The notes under the pieces: generated by a model | Databases searched by the model: none | Seen by the model: the letters and a program-made list of their open reading frames with translations, nothing else | Told to the model about the DNA's origin: nothing | Part shown: positions 46,339-54,360 of the stretch, piece by piece | Numbering within the stretch: position 1 is the stretch's first letter | Layout: each line of letters opens with the position of its first letter | Made by a program: the position numbers and the translations under genes | Assembly (NCBI GenBank): GCA_039915685.1 | Contig: JBDSMU010000009.1 | Span: 406-64,405, forward strand | DNA from: Gemmatimonadales bacterium | GTDB taxonomy: Bacteria; Gemmatimonadota; Gemmatimonadetes; Gemmatimonadales; GWC2-71-9 | Direction of reading: 5' to 3' | DNA: 64,000 bases

Positions 46339-47823
46339 TCATGTCCGTGGATCCAACCCGAGGGTGCTCCACATTGCATCGATCCGCTGGCGCGTGGCAT
46401 CGTCCATCACGATCCGCTCTGGCCACTCGCGGGTGAACCCTTCCTCCGGCCACTTTCTCGTGGCGTCGATCCCCATCTTGCTGCCGAAGGTGAAATGCTG
46501 TGACGAGTGGTCGAGGACGTCCATCGGCCCGCGCGCAAACTCGGTATCGCGTTTCGGGTCAATGTTGTTGAGCGCGATCCACCACACCTCGTCGGCGTCC
46601 TGCACGTTCACATCGCGGTCGACCACGACGATGACCTTCGACAGCGCCATCAGCCCCTGTCCCCACAACGCATGCATCACCTTGAACGCCTGTCCCGGGT
46701 ACTGCTTGTCGATGCTCACGAACACGAGGTTGTGGAAGATGCCCGCGGCCGGCATGTGGTAGTCGACAATCTCTGGGACCGTGAGCTTGAGGAGTGGGAG
46801 GAAAATCCGCTCGGTGGCGTGTCCGAGCCAGTAGTCCTCCATCGGAGGCCGGCCCACGAGCGTCGCGGGATACACCGGCGCGCGCTTCATCGTGACCGCG
46901 GTTACGTGCATCCGTGGATAGCGGTCGGCCAGCGAATAGAAGCCGGTGTGATCGCCGAAGGGTCCCTCCATGACGAGGTCCTCCGCGGGATCGATGTGTC
47001 CCTCGATCACGATCTCCGATTCGACGGGGACGTCGAGGTCGCAGGTGATTGCGCGCGCGAGTTCCACCGGCTGCCTGCGTATGAACCCGGCGAAGAGGAA
47101 CTCGTCGATCCCTGGGGGGAGGGGCGCCGAGCCGGAGTACATCGCCGTTGGGTCACCGCCGAGCGCGATCACCACCGGCATGACCTCACCGCGTTCGGCC
47201 ATGGCACGCCAGTGTGCCGCGCCCGACTTGTGGCGCTGCCAGTGCATCGCGAGCTCGCGCTTCCCCTGCACCTGCACCCGATACATGCCCACGTTGCGGG
47301 TCTTCCGATCCGGATCGCGGGTGATCACCATCGGGAGCGTGATGTAGCGACCACCGTCGCCCGGCCATGTCTGCAGGAACGGAATCCGGCCGAGGTCGAT
47401 GTCGTCACCCTGCAGCACCACTTCCTGGCACGCCGGCCTGCCCGACCTCACCTTCGGCGGGTACTTGGCCGCCTCGGCGAGCCGTGGCAACATCGACAGC
47501 TTCCCCATCAGCCCTTCGGGAACCTGCATCGTAACCAGTTCGCCGATTCGCTCGCCAATCTCGTCGATCCGGCCGACTCCGAACGCCATGCACATCCGCC
47601 GGGACGACCCGAAGAGGTTGATCGCTACCGGTATCGTGCTCCGCGTCCCGTCGGGCATCACTGGATGCTCGAACAGCAACGCGGGGCCGCCGCCGGGCTG
47701 TTTCATCACGCGATCAGCGATCTCCGCGATCTCGAGATGGGTGCGAACCGGCGTGGTAATCCGCACTAGTTCACCGGCACGATCGAGGACAGCGATGAAT
47801 TCAGGCAGCGAGTCGATGCTCAT
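46339..47823 (-). CDS. UbiD-family (prenyl-FMN dependent) decarboxylase
   Basis: UbiD family blocks (TWPGDGGRYITLP, NVGMYR, GPFGDHTGFY). Start MSIDSLPEF (ATG 47823) overlaps the ubiE-like stop by 4 nt. Confidence 0.92.
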   Translation of the reverse strand: MSIDSLPEFIAVLDRAGELVRITTPVRTHLEIAEIADRVMKQPGGGPALLFEHPVMPDGTRSTIPVAINLFGSSRRMCMAFGVGRIDEIGERIGELVTMQVPEGLMGKLSMLPRLAEAAKYPPKVRSGRPACQEVVLQGDDIDLGRIPFLQTWPGDGGRYITLPMVITRDPDRKTRNVGMYRVQVQGKRELAMHWQRHKSGAAHWRAMAERGEVMPVVIALGGDPTAMYSGSAPLPPGIDEFLFAGFIRRQPVELARAITCDLDVPVESEIVIEGHIDPAEDLVMEGPFGDHTGFYSLADRYPRMHVTAVTMKRAPVYPATLVGRPPMEDYWLGHATERIFLPLLKLTVPEIVDYHMPAAGIFHNLVFVSIDKQYPGQAFKVMHALWGQGLMALSKVIVVVDRDVNVQDADEVWWIALNNIDPKRDTEFARGPMDVLDHSSQHFTFGSKMGIDATRKWPEEGFTREWPERIVMDDATRQRIDAMWSTLGLDPRT

Positions 47824-48551
47824 CCGGTGCGCACTCCCCTGTGGATCGCGACGATGCCACCCCAGAGGGAGTGCCATCGGACCGCCTCGAATCCAGCGCC
47901 TTCCATCCGACGAGCCAGCTCGGTCGGCTCCGGAAAGGCGAGCACCGACGCTGGTAGCCAGTCGTAGGCGCTCCTATGTTTTGACACCAGCCGACCGACC
48001 CGCGGCAGTACATGCCGGAAGTACCCCAGATACATCGCCCGCATCGGCTGGTGCCGCGGCGTGCTGAACTCGAGCACCACGAATCGTGCGCCGGGCCGGA
48101 GTACCCGCGCTGCTTCCTGCAGCCCTCGATCGAGGTCCATGAGATTGCGTACCCCGAACCCGACCGTGGCTCCATCAAACGTTCCGGCGTCGAAGGGAAG
48201 CCGGAGCGCATCGGCCGCGGCAGGCTGCACCCGCCCTGACTTGCCGGCACCGCGTCGGAGCATGGCAGGGACGAAGTCGGCGCCAACAACCGTTCCCGAA
48301 AATCCAGGCCGGTTGCCCAGCTCGGCAGCAAGATCGAGCGTGCCCGCGCAGAGATCGAGAAATCGGCCGTCCGGATGGGCCTCCCAACCCAGCTCTGTCA
48401 CAGCGGCACGACGCCAGGCACGATCGGCATTGAGCGACAGGACATGATTGAGCAGGTCGTATCGGGGCGCGATGTCGGTGAACACGCCGCGCACGTATTC
48501 CCGCTTGGCGTGGCCGCCCGTGACTGGTAGGGACTGTTCGGCAGGATGCAT
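47820..48551 (-). CDS. ubiE: Demethylmenaquinone/ubiquinone C-methyltransferase (UbiE/MenG family)
   Basis: VFTDIAPRYDLLNHVLS signature, SAM-binding LDLCAGTLD, FGVRNL. Start at MHPAEQ (ATG 48551). Confidence 0.9.
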   Translation of the reverse strand: MHPAEQSLPVTGGHAKREYVRGVFTDIAPRYDLLNHVLSLNADRAWRRAAVTELGWEAHPDGRFLDLCAGTLDLAAELGNRPGFSGTVVGADFVPAMLRRGAGKSGRVQPAAADALRLPFDAGTFDGATVGFGVRNLMDLDRGLQEAARVLRPGARFVVLEFSTPRHQPMRAMYLGYFRHVLPRVGRLVSKHRSAYDWLPASVLAFPEPTELARRMEGAGFEAVRWHSLWGGIVAIHRGVRTG

Positions 48552-48608
48552 CGTGGCGAAAGCTACCGGCTCGGCGAACTGTCCCGCAACGCGCGTGGCA
48601 GACTGACG

Positions 48609-49214
48609 ATGCGTACGCCCGCCGCGTGGGTTCCGCTCAGCGACCAGGAAGTGGTCCGCCACGCCGTCATGGGCCGCGATTCGGCATATCGCGAGCTGAT
48701 CCGCCGCTACCAGCGGCCGGTGTTCTCGCTGATCTACCGAATGGTGCGCGATCGCGAGCTCGCCGAGGACCTCGCGCAGGAGACGTTCGTGAAGGTGCTG
48801 AACGCTATCGAGTCGTACCGACCCGAGTACAAGTTCTCGAGCTGGATCTTCAAGATCGCCAACAATGCCGCGATCGATCACCTCCGAAAGCGTTCTCTCG
48901 ATACTCTATCGCTCGATGGCTCACCGCACGCCCAAACGGCTGACGCCGTCGAGGCCACCACCCTACAGATCGGCGATAGCCGCGAATCGGCGCTCGACGA
49001 GGTGACAGCGCGCGAGCTCGGCACGCAAATCGAGCAGGCCATCGGCAAACTCAGACCCGAGTACCGAAGCTGCATCCTGTTGCGACACGTCGATGGCCGT
49101 CCCTACGAGGAGATCGCGGAGATTCTGGACCTTCCGCTCGGCACCGTCAAGACCTACATCCACAGGGCCCGCAATGAACTCCGGATATACCTCACTGACA
49201 CGCGCGATGAGTGA
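48609..49214 (+). CDS. ECF-type RNA polymerase sigma factor (sigma-70 family group 4)
   Basis: Region 2 (YQRPVFSLIYRMVRDRELAEDLAQETFVK, SWIFKIANNAAIDHLRK) and region 4 (YEEIAEILDLPLGTVKTYIHRAR). Confidence 0.9.
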   Translation: MRTPAAWVPLSDQEVVRHAVMGRDSAYRELIRRYQRPVFSLIYRMVRDRELAEDLAQETFVKVLNAIESYRPEYKFSSWIFKIANNAAIDHLRKRSLDTLSLDGSPHAQTADAVEATTLQIGDSRESALDEVTARELGTQIEQAIGKLRPEYRSCILLRHVDGRPYEEIAEILDLPLGTVKTYIHRARNELRIYLTDTRDE

Positions 49215-49251
49215 AACCGTCACCCCACATTCGTCGTAGGAGACCAGCATC

Positions 49252-49827
49252 ATGAACGCCCCCGCACCCCACCACCTGACGACGGACGAACTCGACGCGA
49301 TCCTCGGTGGAACCACCATCGAACGCGCCAGCGCGCACGTTGCCGGATGCACCATCTGTCGCACCATGGTCGACCTCGATCGCCGAGTCGTCGATGCCCT
49401 CGCGCTGCTTGCGCTTGTTGACCCCTCACCGGGCTTCGCTCCGCGCGTCATGGCACGGGTCAGCATTCACGCGCCACCCGTCGAGGTGACAGTGCGGGCG
49501 CTGAGCGCGAAGCGGCGCGTTGCCGTCGGCGCGGTGTTGGTGACTGCGGCAGTGACGGGGGGATTCGTCTGGGCTGCATCGCATCCTGCCGCGGCGCTTG
49601 CATGGGCTGATCCGGCGCTGCAGGGGATCGGGCAGACCCTCTGGACGTCGCTCCAAGCTGCCGCCGCGAACATGTTCGAACAGCCATGGTTCGACGGAAC
49701 TCGCGACCTCCTGGCGGCGCCCGCGCGGGCCGTCCCGGTCCTCGGTGCGGCTGCATCGCTCTATGCAGCCGCGCTCGTCGGACTGCGCCGACTCTTGGCC
49801 GAGCCGGTGCCCAATGCGAGGTGGTAG
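49252..49827 (+). CDS. Putative anti-sigma factor (zf-HC2-like N-terminus, single TM)
   Basis: H-x3-C-x2-C motif (AHVAGCTICR), a central TM (VAVGAVLVTAAVTGGFVWA), and position directly after the ECF sigma gene. Confidence 0.7.
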   Translation: MNAPAPHHLTTDELDAILGGTTIERASAHVAGCTICRTMVDLDRRVVDALALLALVDPSPGFAPRVMARVSIHAPPVEVTVRALSAKRRVAVGAVLVTAAVTGGFVWAASHPAAALAWADPALQGIGQTLWTSLQAAAANMFEQPWFDGTRDLLAAPARAVPVLGAAASLYAAALVGLRRLLAEPVPNARW

Positions 49828-51034
49828 GGGAACCCTGACAACGTTCCTCGTCCTGCTGGCTGCCCTGCTCCCCGCCCCATTGCTGGCCGCCTCGCCGGAC
49901 AACCCGGTTGCGACCGTGGCGCACCGGCTGCGCGGCCTCCTCCCGATATTCGAGGTCTACCCCGAACCGGTCCCGCAGGCCGTCCAAGCCGACGCGCAGG
50001 CACCCACCGTCAATCCCGGCCGCCTCGACGATCCAGCGCGCCTCGAGCGCGATCTTCGCGCAGCGCTGCGCACGCCTGTTTCGAGGACGCGCCTCACCGT
50101 CGAAGGCGGGAGGGCGCGGATCGGGCACACTTCCATCGGCTCGAATGAGGTTTTGAGCGGACACCTCGTGGTGTTGAATGGCGACACCGAGATACACGGT
50201 CGAGTCGAGGGAAACATCGTCGTGCTCGACGGCAATGTGAGCATCCATCGCGGTGGTGTCGTGATTGGAGATGTGCTGGCGATTGGTGGTCAGGTGCGCA
50301 TGGTCGGTGGCGACGTTACCGGCACCATGCAGAGCCTCGAGGCCGTCGCTACGCCGGCGGAGCACACGGCGCTCTGGCTTGTGGTGGCGCAGCGTGGGGC
50401 AGGGCTGGCCGGCATCTTCGCTACGCTGCTCATCCTTGGGTTCGGCATGGTGACGTTCGGACGCCCCAACCTCGAAATCGTCTCGGATACGGTAGCGCAT
50501 TCCTTCGGACGCAGCTTCACGGCCGGTCTCCTCGGGCAGATCCTCCTGGTGCCGACCTTCGGGATGCTGGTGGTGGGACTGGTGCTCACCGTCGCGGGCG
50601 CACTGCTCGTCCCCTTTGCTGTCGTGATCTATCTCCTGCTTGCGATCGTGGCGATCCTCGGCGGTCTCCTCGCTGTCGCCCACGCGATGGGCGAGACGAT
50701 CACGCGTCGCCGCATGGCGCGCGGCCTCGTGGTATCGCCCAACGCCTATCGCTATGTCTTCACCGGACTGGCGGCGCTGGCGATGAGCTGGATCGCGTGG
50801 GTGGCCGTGGGTTGGGTACCCATCGCGGGCGGGATCATCTTCGTCACAGCGGCCCTGGCGACCTGGTTCCTCGGCACGGTCGGGTTCGGCGCGGCAATCC
50901 TCTCGCGCGGCGGAGTGCGTGAGCATTTTGCCGGGCGGATCATTCCGCCCGAGATGATGACCGATGAGTTTCTCTGGGCAACGCCGCAGTTCGGCGTGCC
51001 CGCCGTGACCCGCCCACCGACGGACACGTCGTGA
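49814..51034 (+). CDS. Membrane protein with a periplasmic bactofilin-like (polymer-forming) repeat region and a polytopic TM C-terminus
   Basis: Signal peptide. Repeats GHLVVLNGDTEIHGRVEGNIVVLDGNVSIHRGGVVIGDVLAIGGQVRMVGGDVTG, then about 6 hydrophobic helices. The ATG overlaps the anti-sigma 3' end by 14 nt. Confidence 0.62.
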   Translation: MRGGRGTLTTFLVLLAALLPAPLLAASPDNPVATVAHRLRGLLPIFEVYPEPVPQAVQADAQAPTVNPGRLDDPARLERDLRAALRTPVSRTRLTVEGGRARIGHTSIGSNEVLSGHLVVLNGDTEIHGRVEGNIVVLDGNVSIHRGGVVIGDVLAIGGQVRMVGGDVTGTMQSLEAVATPAEHTALWLVVAQRGAGLAGIFATLLILGFGMVTFGRPNLEIVSDTVAHSFGRSFTAGLLGQILLVPTFGMLVVGLVLTVAGALLVPFAVVIYLLLAIVAILGGLLAVAHAMGETITRRRMARGLVVSPNAYRYVFTGLAALAMSWIAWVAVGWVPIAGGIIFVTAALATWFLGTVGFGAAILSRGGVREHFAGRIIPPEMMTDEFLWATPQFGVPAVTRPPTDTS

Positions 51035-51885
51035 CCCCACGTCTGGCAGCGGTTGCGCTCTCGTGCGCGGGCGCGCTGGCCGCGTTGCCGCTCTCCGCCC
51101 AGACGATGCGATCGTTCACCGCGGCGCGGGGAATCCTCGCCGAGCGACAGATCATCGCGACACTCGACTTCGGTGCGGGAACGGTGCAGATCGGTCCCGC
51201 CGCCGCGTCGCAGCTCTACCGCATGGAAGTGCGGTACGACGCCGACCGTTTTCAGCCCACCCAGCAGTATGACCCACGCACTGGGATCCTCAAGCTGGGG
51301 CTGGAGTCGATCGGCAAGAGCGGAATGCGCGTGACCTCGCGGAGCCAGCTCGAACAGGTCGGCGACTTCGTCTTCTCACGCACCGTCCCGCTCTCGCTCT
51401 CCGCCAATCTCGGTGCGAGCGACGCCAATCTCGAATTGGGCGGGTTAACCCTCACCGACCTCACGGTGCGGTCGGGTGCCAGTCGGGCCACCGTCGCCTT
51501 CGGCACTCCCACGCGAGGCGAGTGCCGCCATGCCACCTTCACCGTGGGGGCAGGCGACATCGACATCACGGGCCTTGCCAACGCGGGTTGCCGAGAAGTA
51601 CGCCTCGACGGTGGAATCGGGCGGGCGACCCTCGACTTTGCCGGGGCATGGAAGCAGGACGCACGAGTGACCGTGGAAATGTCGATGGGAGTGGTGACGC
51701 TGCGGATCCCGCGGGGAATCGGCGTCCGGCTCGACGCCAGTCGATTCCTGAGCACACTCAGCGCCGACGGATTCGAGCGCGATGGAAAGACGTGGATCAC
51801 GCCGCGATTCGATGCGGCGAAGCGGAAGATCACGGTGGGCCTCAACACCACCGTCGCCAGCATCGACGTCGTCTGGATCGACTAG
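51031..51885 (+). CDS. Secreted beta-rich protein, toastrack/DUF4097-like by repeat pattern
   Basis: Signal peptide ending LSAQ. Iterated G-x-G-x-[VI]-x-[VI] strands (FGAGTVQIG, VGAGDIDITG, GGIGRATLDF). The GTG start overlaps the previous stop (GTGA). Family call is inference. Confidence 0.55.
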   Translation: MTPRLAAVALSCAGALAALPLSAQTMRSFTAARGILAERQIIATLDFGAGTVQIGPAAASQLYRMEVRYDADRFQPTQQYDPRTGILKLGLESIGKSGMRVTSRSQLEQVGDFVFSRTVPLSLSANLGASDANLELGGLTLTDLTVRSGASRATVAFGTPTRGECRHATFTVGAGDIDITGLANAGCREVRLDGGIGRATLDFAGAWKQDARVTVEMSMGVVTLRIPRGIGVRLDASRFLSTLSADGFERDGKTWITPRFDAAKRKITVGLNTTVASIDVVWID

Positions 51886-51897
51886 GCTCGCCGGTCC

Positions 51898-52998
51898 TTA
51901 CCCCTCGAGCACGGGCATCCGCTGCCGAGCGCTCGATGCCTTGGCCCAGATACGGTCGGCGATCTCGCGCAACATCACCGCCGCTGCCGTCGTCGGCGCC
52001 TCAATGATGATCGGCCTCCCGCGGTCCGCCGCGTCGGCCATCCCGCCCTGCAACGGCACCTGACCCAACAGCTCGGCGTCCAGTTCCTCGGCGAGGCGCT
52101 CCCCGCCACCCGTGCCGAAGAGGTCGTGGCGCATCCCGGTGACAGGGTCGAGAAATCCGCTCATGTTCTCGACGATACCGAACATCGGTACGTTGACCCG
52201 CTCAAACATCTTCGCGCCGCGAAGCGCGTCCCCTACAGACATCTCCTGCGGCGTGGTCACGATCACGGCGCCGCTCACCAGCACCGATTGCACCAGCGAA
52301 AGCTGTGCGTCGCCGGTCCCCGGTGGCATGTCCACGATGAAGCAATCGAGTTCACCCCACGCGACGTCGCGCAGGAATTGGTTGATCACCTTCATGATGA
52401 TCGGGCCACGCCAGATTGCGGGGGCATCGCGATCGACCAGGAAGCCGATGGACATGAGCTTCACCCCCCACGCCTCGAGTGGCTGGATGAGACCGTTGCG
52501 CACGGCGGGCTTCTCGAACACGCCGGCCATCCGCGGGAGGTTGGGGCCGTAGATGTCGGCGTCCATGATACCCACGCGCAGTCCACGTTCCGCGAGTGCC
52601 ACGGCGACGTTGATCGCGACTGTCGACTTCCCCACTCCACCCTTCCCCGACGAGATCGCGATCACTCGACCGAGGCCTGGAATCTCGCTCGGCACTGGCG
52701 CAGCCGGCACGCCAGCGGCGGCACTCTGCGGTGCGGCGTGTGTCGTCGGCGCGGGACCATCAGGATCTCGCACGGCAATTTTCGGCTGGGGGACGCCAGT
52801 CGCAGCGAGTGCCTGACGCACCTGACGCACCAGCGTGGCGGGATCCTCACGCCGCAGCAGCACCGTGAAGCTCACCGTCCCATCGGCACCGATGTCGAGA
52901 TCCGCGATCATCCCCGACGCCATCATCCCGCTGCCGGTGCGTGGGTTCATGACGGTGTCGAGCGCCGCCTCGATCGTCGACTGTTGGGTGCCGGTCAT
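51898..52998 (-). CDS. Mrp/ApbC-family Fe-S cluster carrier ATPase with N-terminal DUF59
   Basis: Deviant Walker A SGKGGVGKST, CxxC-equivalent region, DMPPGTGD. Confidence 0.92.
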   Translation of the reverse strand: MTGTQQSTIEAALDTVMNPRTGSGMMASGMIADLDIGADGTVSFTVLLRREDPATLVRQVRQALAATGVPQPKIAVRDPDGPAPTTHAAPQSAAAGVPAAPVPSEIPGLGRVIAISSGKGGVGKSTVAINVAVALAERGLRVGIMDADIYGPNLPRMAGVFEKPAVRNGLIQPLEAWGVKLMSIGFLVDRDAPAIWRGPIIMKVINQFLRDVAWGELDCFIVDMPPGTGDAQLSLVQSVLVSGAVIVTTPQEMSVGDALRGAKMFERVNVPMFGIVENMSGFLDPVTGMRHDLFGTGGGERLAEELDAELLGQVPLQGGMADAADRGRPIIIEAPTTAAAVMLREIADRIWAKASSARQRMPVLEG

Positions 52999-53008
52999 GG
53001 TGTTTCCC

Positions 53009-53251
53009 TCAGACGGCTTCCACGACGCGAACTTCCGGTACGGCCGTGCGAAGTCGGGTTTCGATGCCTTGCTTGAGCGTCACCGTGGACGCCGCGCATC
53101 CCTTGCACGTGCCACCGAGTCGCACCAGGAGCAGGCCACGCTCGGTGTCGAAGTCGATGACTTCGACGCTTCCCTTGTGCGACGTGATGTACGGCCGCAG
53201 GCCGTCGAGCGCGCGCTCGATCCGCTCGAACATGTCGGGCGTGTCGCTCAC
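53009..53251 (-). CDS. NifU C-terminal-like (Nfu) Fe-S scaffold domain protein
   Basis: GGTCKGCAASTVTLK CxxC motif. 80 aa. Confidence 0.85.
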   Translation of the reverse strand: MSDTPDMFERIERALDGLRPYITSHKGSVEVIDFDTERGLLLVRLGGTCKGCAASTVTLKQGIETRLRTAVPEVRVVEAV

Positions 53252-54291
53252 GCCGGCACCGGGGAGCCGGTGAGGAGTTCGCGCGCCGCCTGCAGCACCT
53301 GCGCCTGCACCATCGGCATCGGTCCGGCAATCGCCACACCCGCAGCCTTGCGGTGCCCGCCGCCGCCGAAGCGCCTGGCAAGCTCGGCCACGTCAACGTC
53401 GCCGACGCTGCGAAGCGACACCTTGGTGCGCCCGCCGGACATCTCGCGAAAGAGCAGCGCCAGTCGCACCCCACGGATCGAGCGCGCATGCTCCACGGCC
53501 CCATCGAGATCGTCGGGATCAACGTCATGACGTTCAAGGGAGCCCGGCGGGACGGTCACCCAGGCGAGACCGACGTCGGGCTCCACCACCAGCGTTTGCA
53601 GCACGTCGGCCAGTAGCCGCGGACGGCCCTCAGGCGCGTTCGCATAGACATCGAGGTAAACCTGCTCGGTGTCGGCACCCGCCTCGACCAGGTCGGCCGC
53701 CACACGAAGCGTCCGCGGCCGAGTGTTCGAAAATCGGAATCCACCGGTGTCGGTCACCAGCGCCACGTACAGCGCCCGGGCTGCCTGCCGGGTAATCGGC
53801 CAGCCGGCTTGGTGGGCCAGGAGCGCGATCAACTCACCCGTGGCCGCCGCGTCTGGGTCAACGAAGCGAGGCCCATCGGGGAGTACCCCCGGGCCCACAT
53901 GGTGATCGATGCACGCCACGGGCACGCCGCAGTCGCGGACGGTCTCCGACAGCATGCCCAACCGAGACAGGTCGGCAATGTCGAGGACCACGACGATGTC
54001 GGCCCGGCGCAGCTCCTTGACCGCCTGTGCGGTTCGATCGACCCCAGGAAGATCGGCGAAGAGGAAGTCGAAGCGATCCGGGGTGGCCGTCGGATTGGTG
54101 ATCACCACGTCGGCGCCGAGGGCCCGGAGGAGGTGGACCAGCCCGACCTCGCTACCGAGGCCGTCGCCATCGGGATTCACGTGGGTCGTCAGGCAGATGC
54201 GCTTACCGGGAACAAGCAGTGCGGCGACGTCGAGAGCGGGCATGAGGGGAAAATAGTCGGTAGCGGGTGGGGGGTCGCGGGGGGCCGGCAT
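53248..54291 (-). CDS. DHH/DHHA1 phosphoesterase (NrnA-like oligoribonuclease/pAp phosphatase)
   Basis: HVNPDGDGLGS, DHH (CIDHH), and C-terminal GGGHRKAAG motifs. An alternative start at ATG 54243 (MPALDVAALL) is equally plausible. Confidence 0.85.
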   Translation of the reverse strand: MPAPRDPPPATDYFPLMPALDVAALLVPGKRICLTTHVNPDGDGLGSEVGLVHLLRALGADVVITNPTATPDRFDFLFADLPGVDRTAQAVKELRRADIVVVLDIADLSRLGMLSETVRDCGVPVACIDHHVGPGVLPDGPRFVDPDAAATGELIALLAHQAGWPITRQAARALYVALVTDTGGFRFSNTRPRTLRVAADLVEAGADTEQVYLDVYANAPEGRPRLLADVLQTLVVEPDVGLAWVTVPPGSLERHDVDPDDLDGAVEHARSIRGVRLALLFREMSGGRTKVSLRSVGDVDVAELARRFGGGGHRKAAGVAIAGPMPMVQAQVLQAARELLTGSPVPA

Positions 54292-54300
54292 TCGCCGACA

Positions 54301-54338
54301 CAGGAAGGGCCGACTCCACCCGGAGCCGGCCCTTCCTG
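54301..54338 (-). terminator. 12-bp hairpin (CAGGAAGGGCCG / CGGCCCTTCCTG) with a structured loop, downstream of the permease gene
   Basis: Inverted repeat verified. Lies between the permease stop (54361) and the nrnA-like start. Confidence 0.45.
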
Positions 54339-54360
54339 CATTCGGAATCAGCGAAGGAGA

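Noticed and set aside
46507-47769. 420-aa ORF antisense to the UbiD-family gene. Similar cases: 57687-58772 opposite guaB, 53809-55008 opposite nrnA/permease, 7403-8418 opposite tig, 9443-10797 opposite clpX.
   Set aside because: All lie opposite genes with unambiguous conserved motifs, and none shows a recognisable domain.
49460-51040. 526-aa ORF antisense to the anti-sigma and bactofilin-repeat membrane genes
   Set aside because: Extremely Arg/His/Asp/Glu/Pro-rich and motif-free. The sense-strand genes have signal peptides, TM helices and coupled starts.
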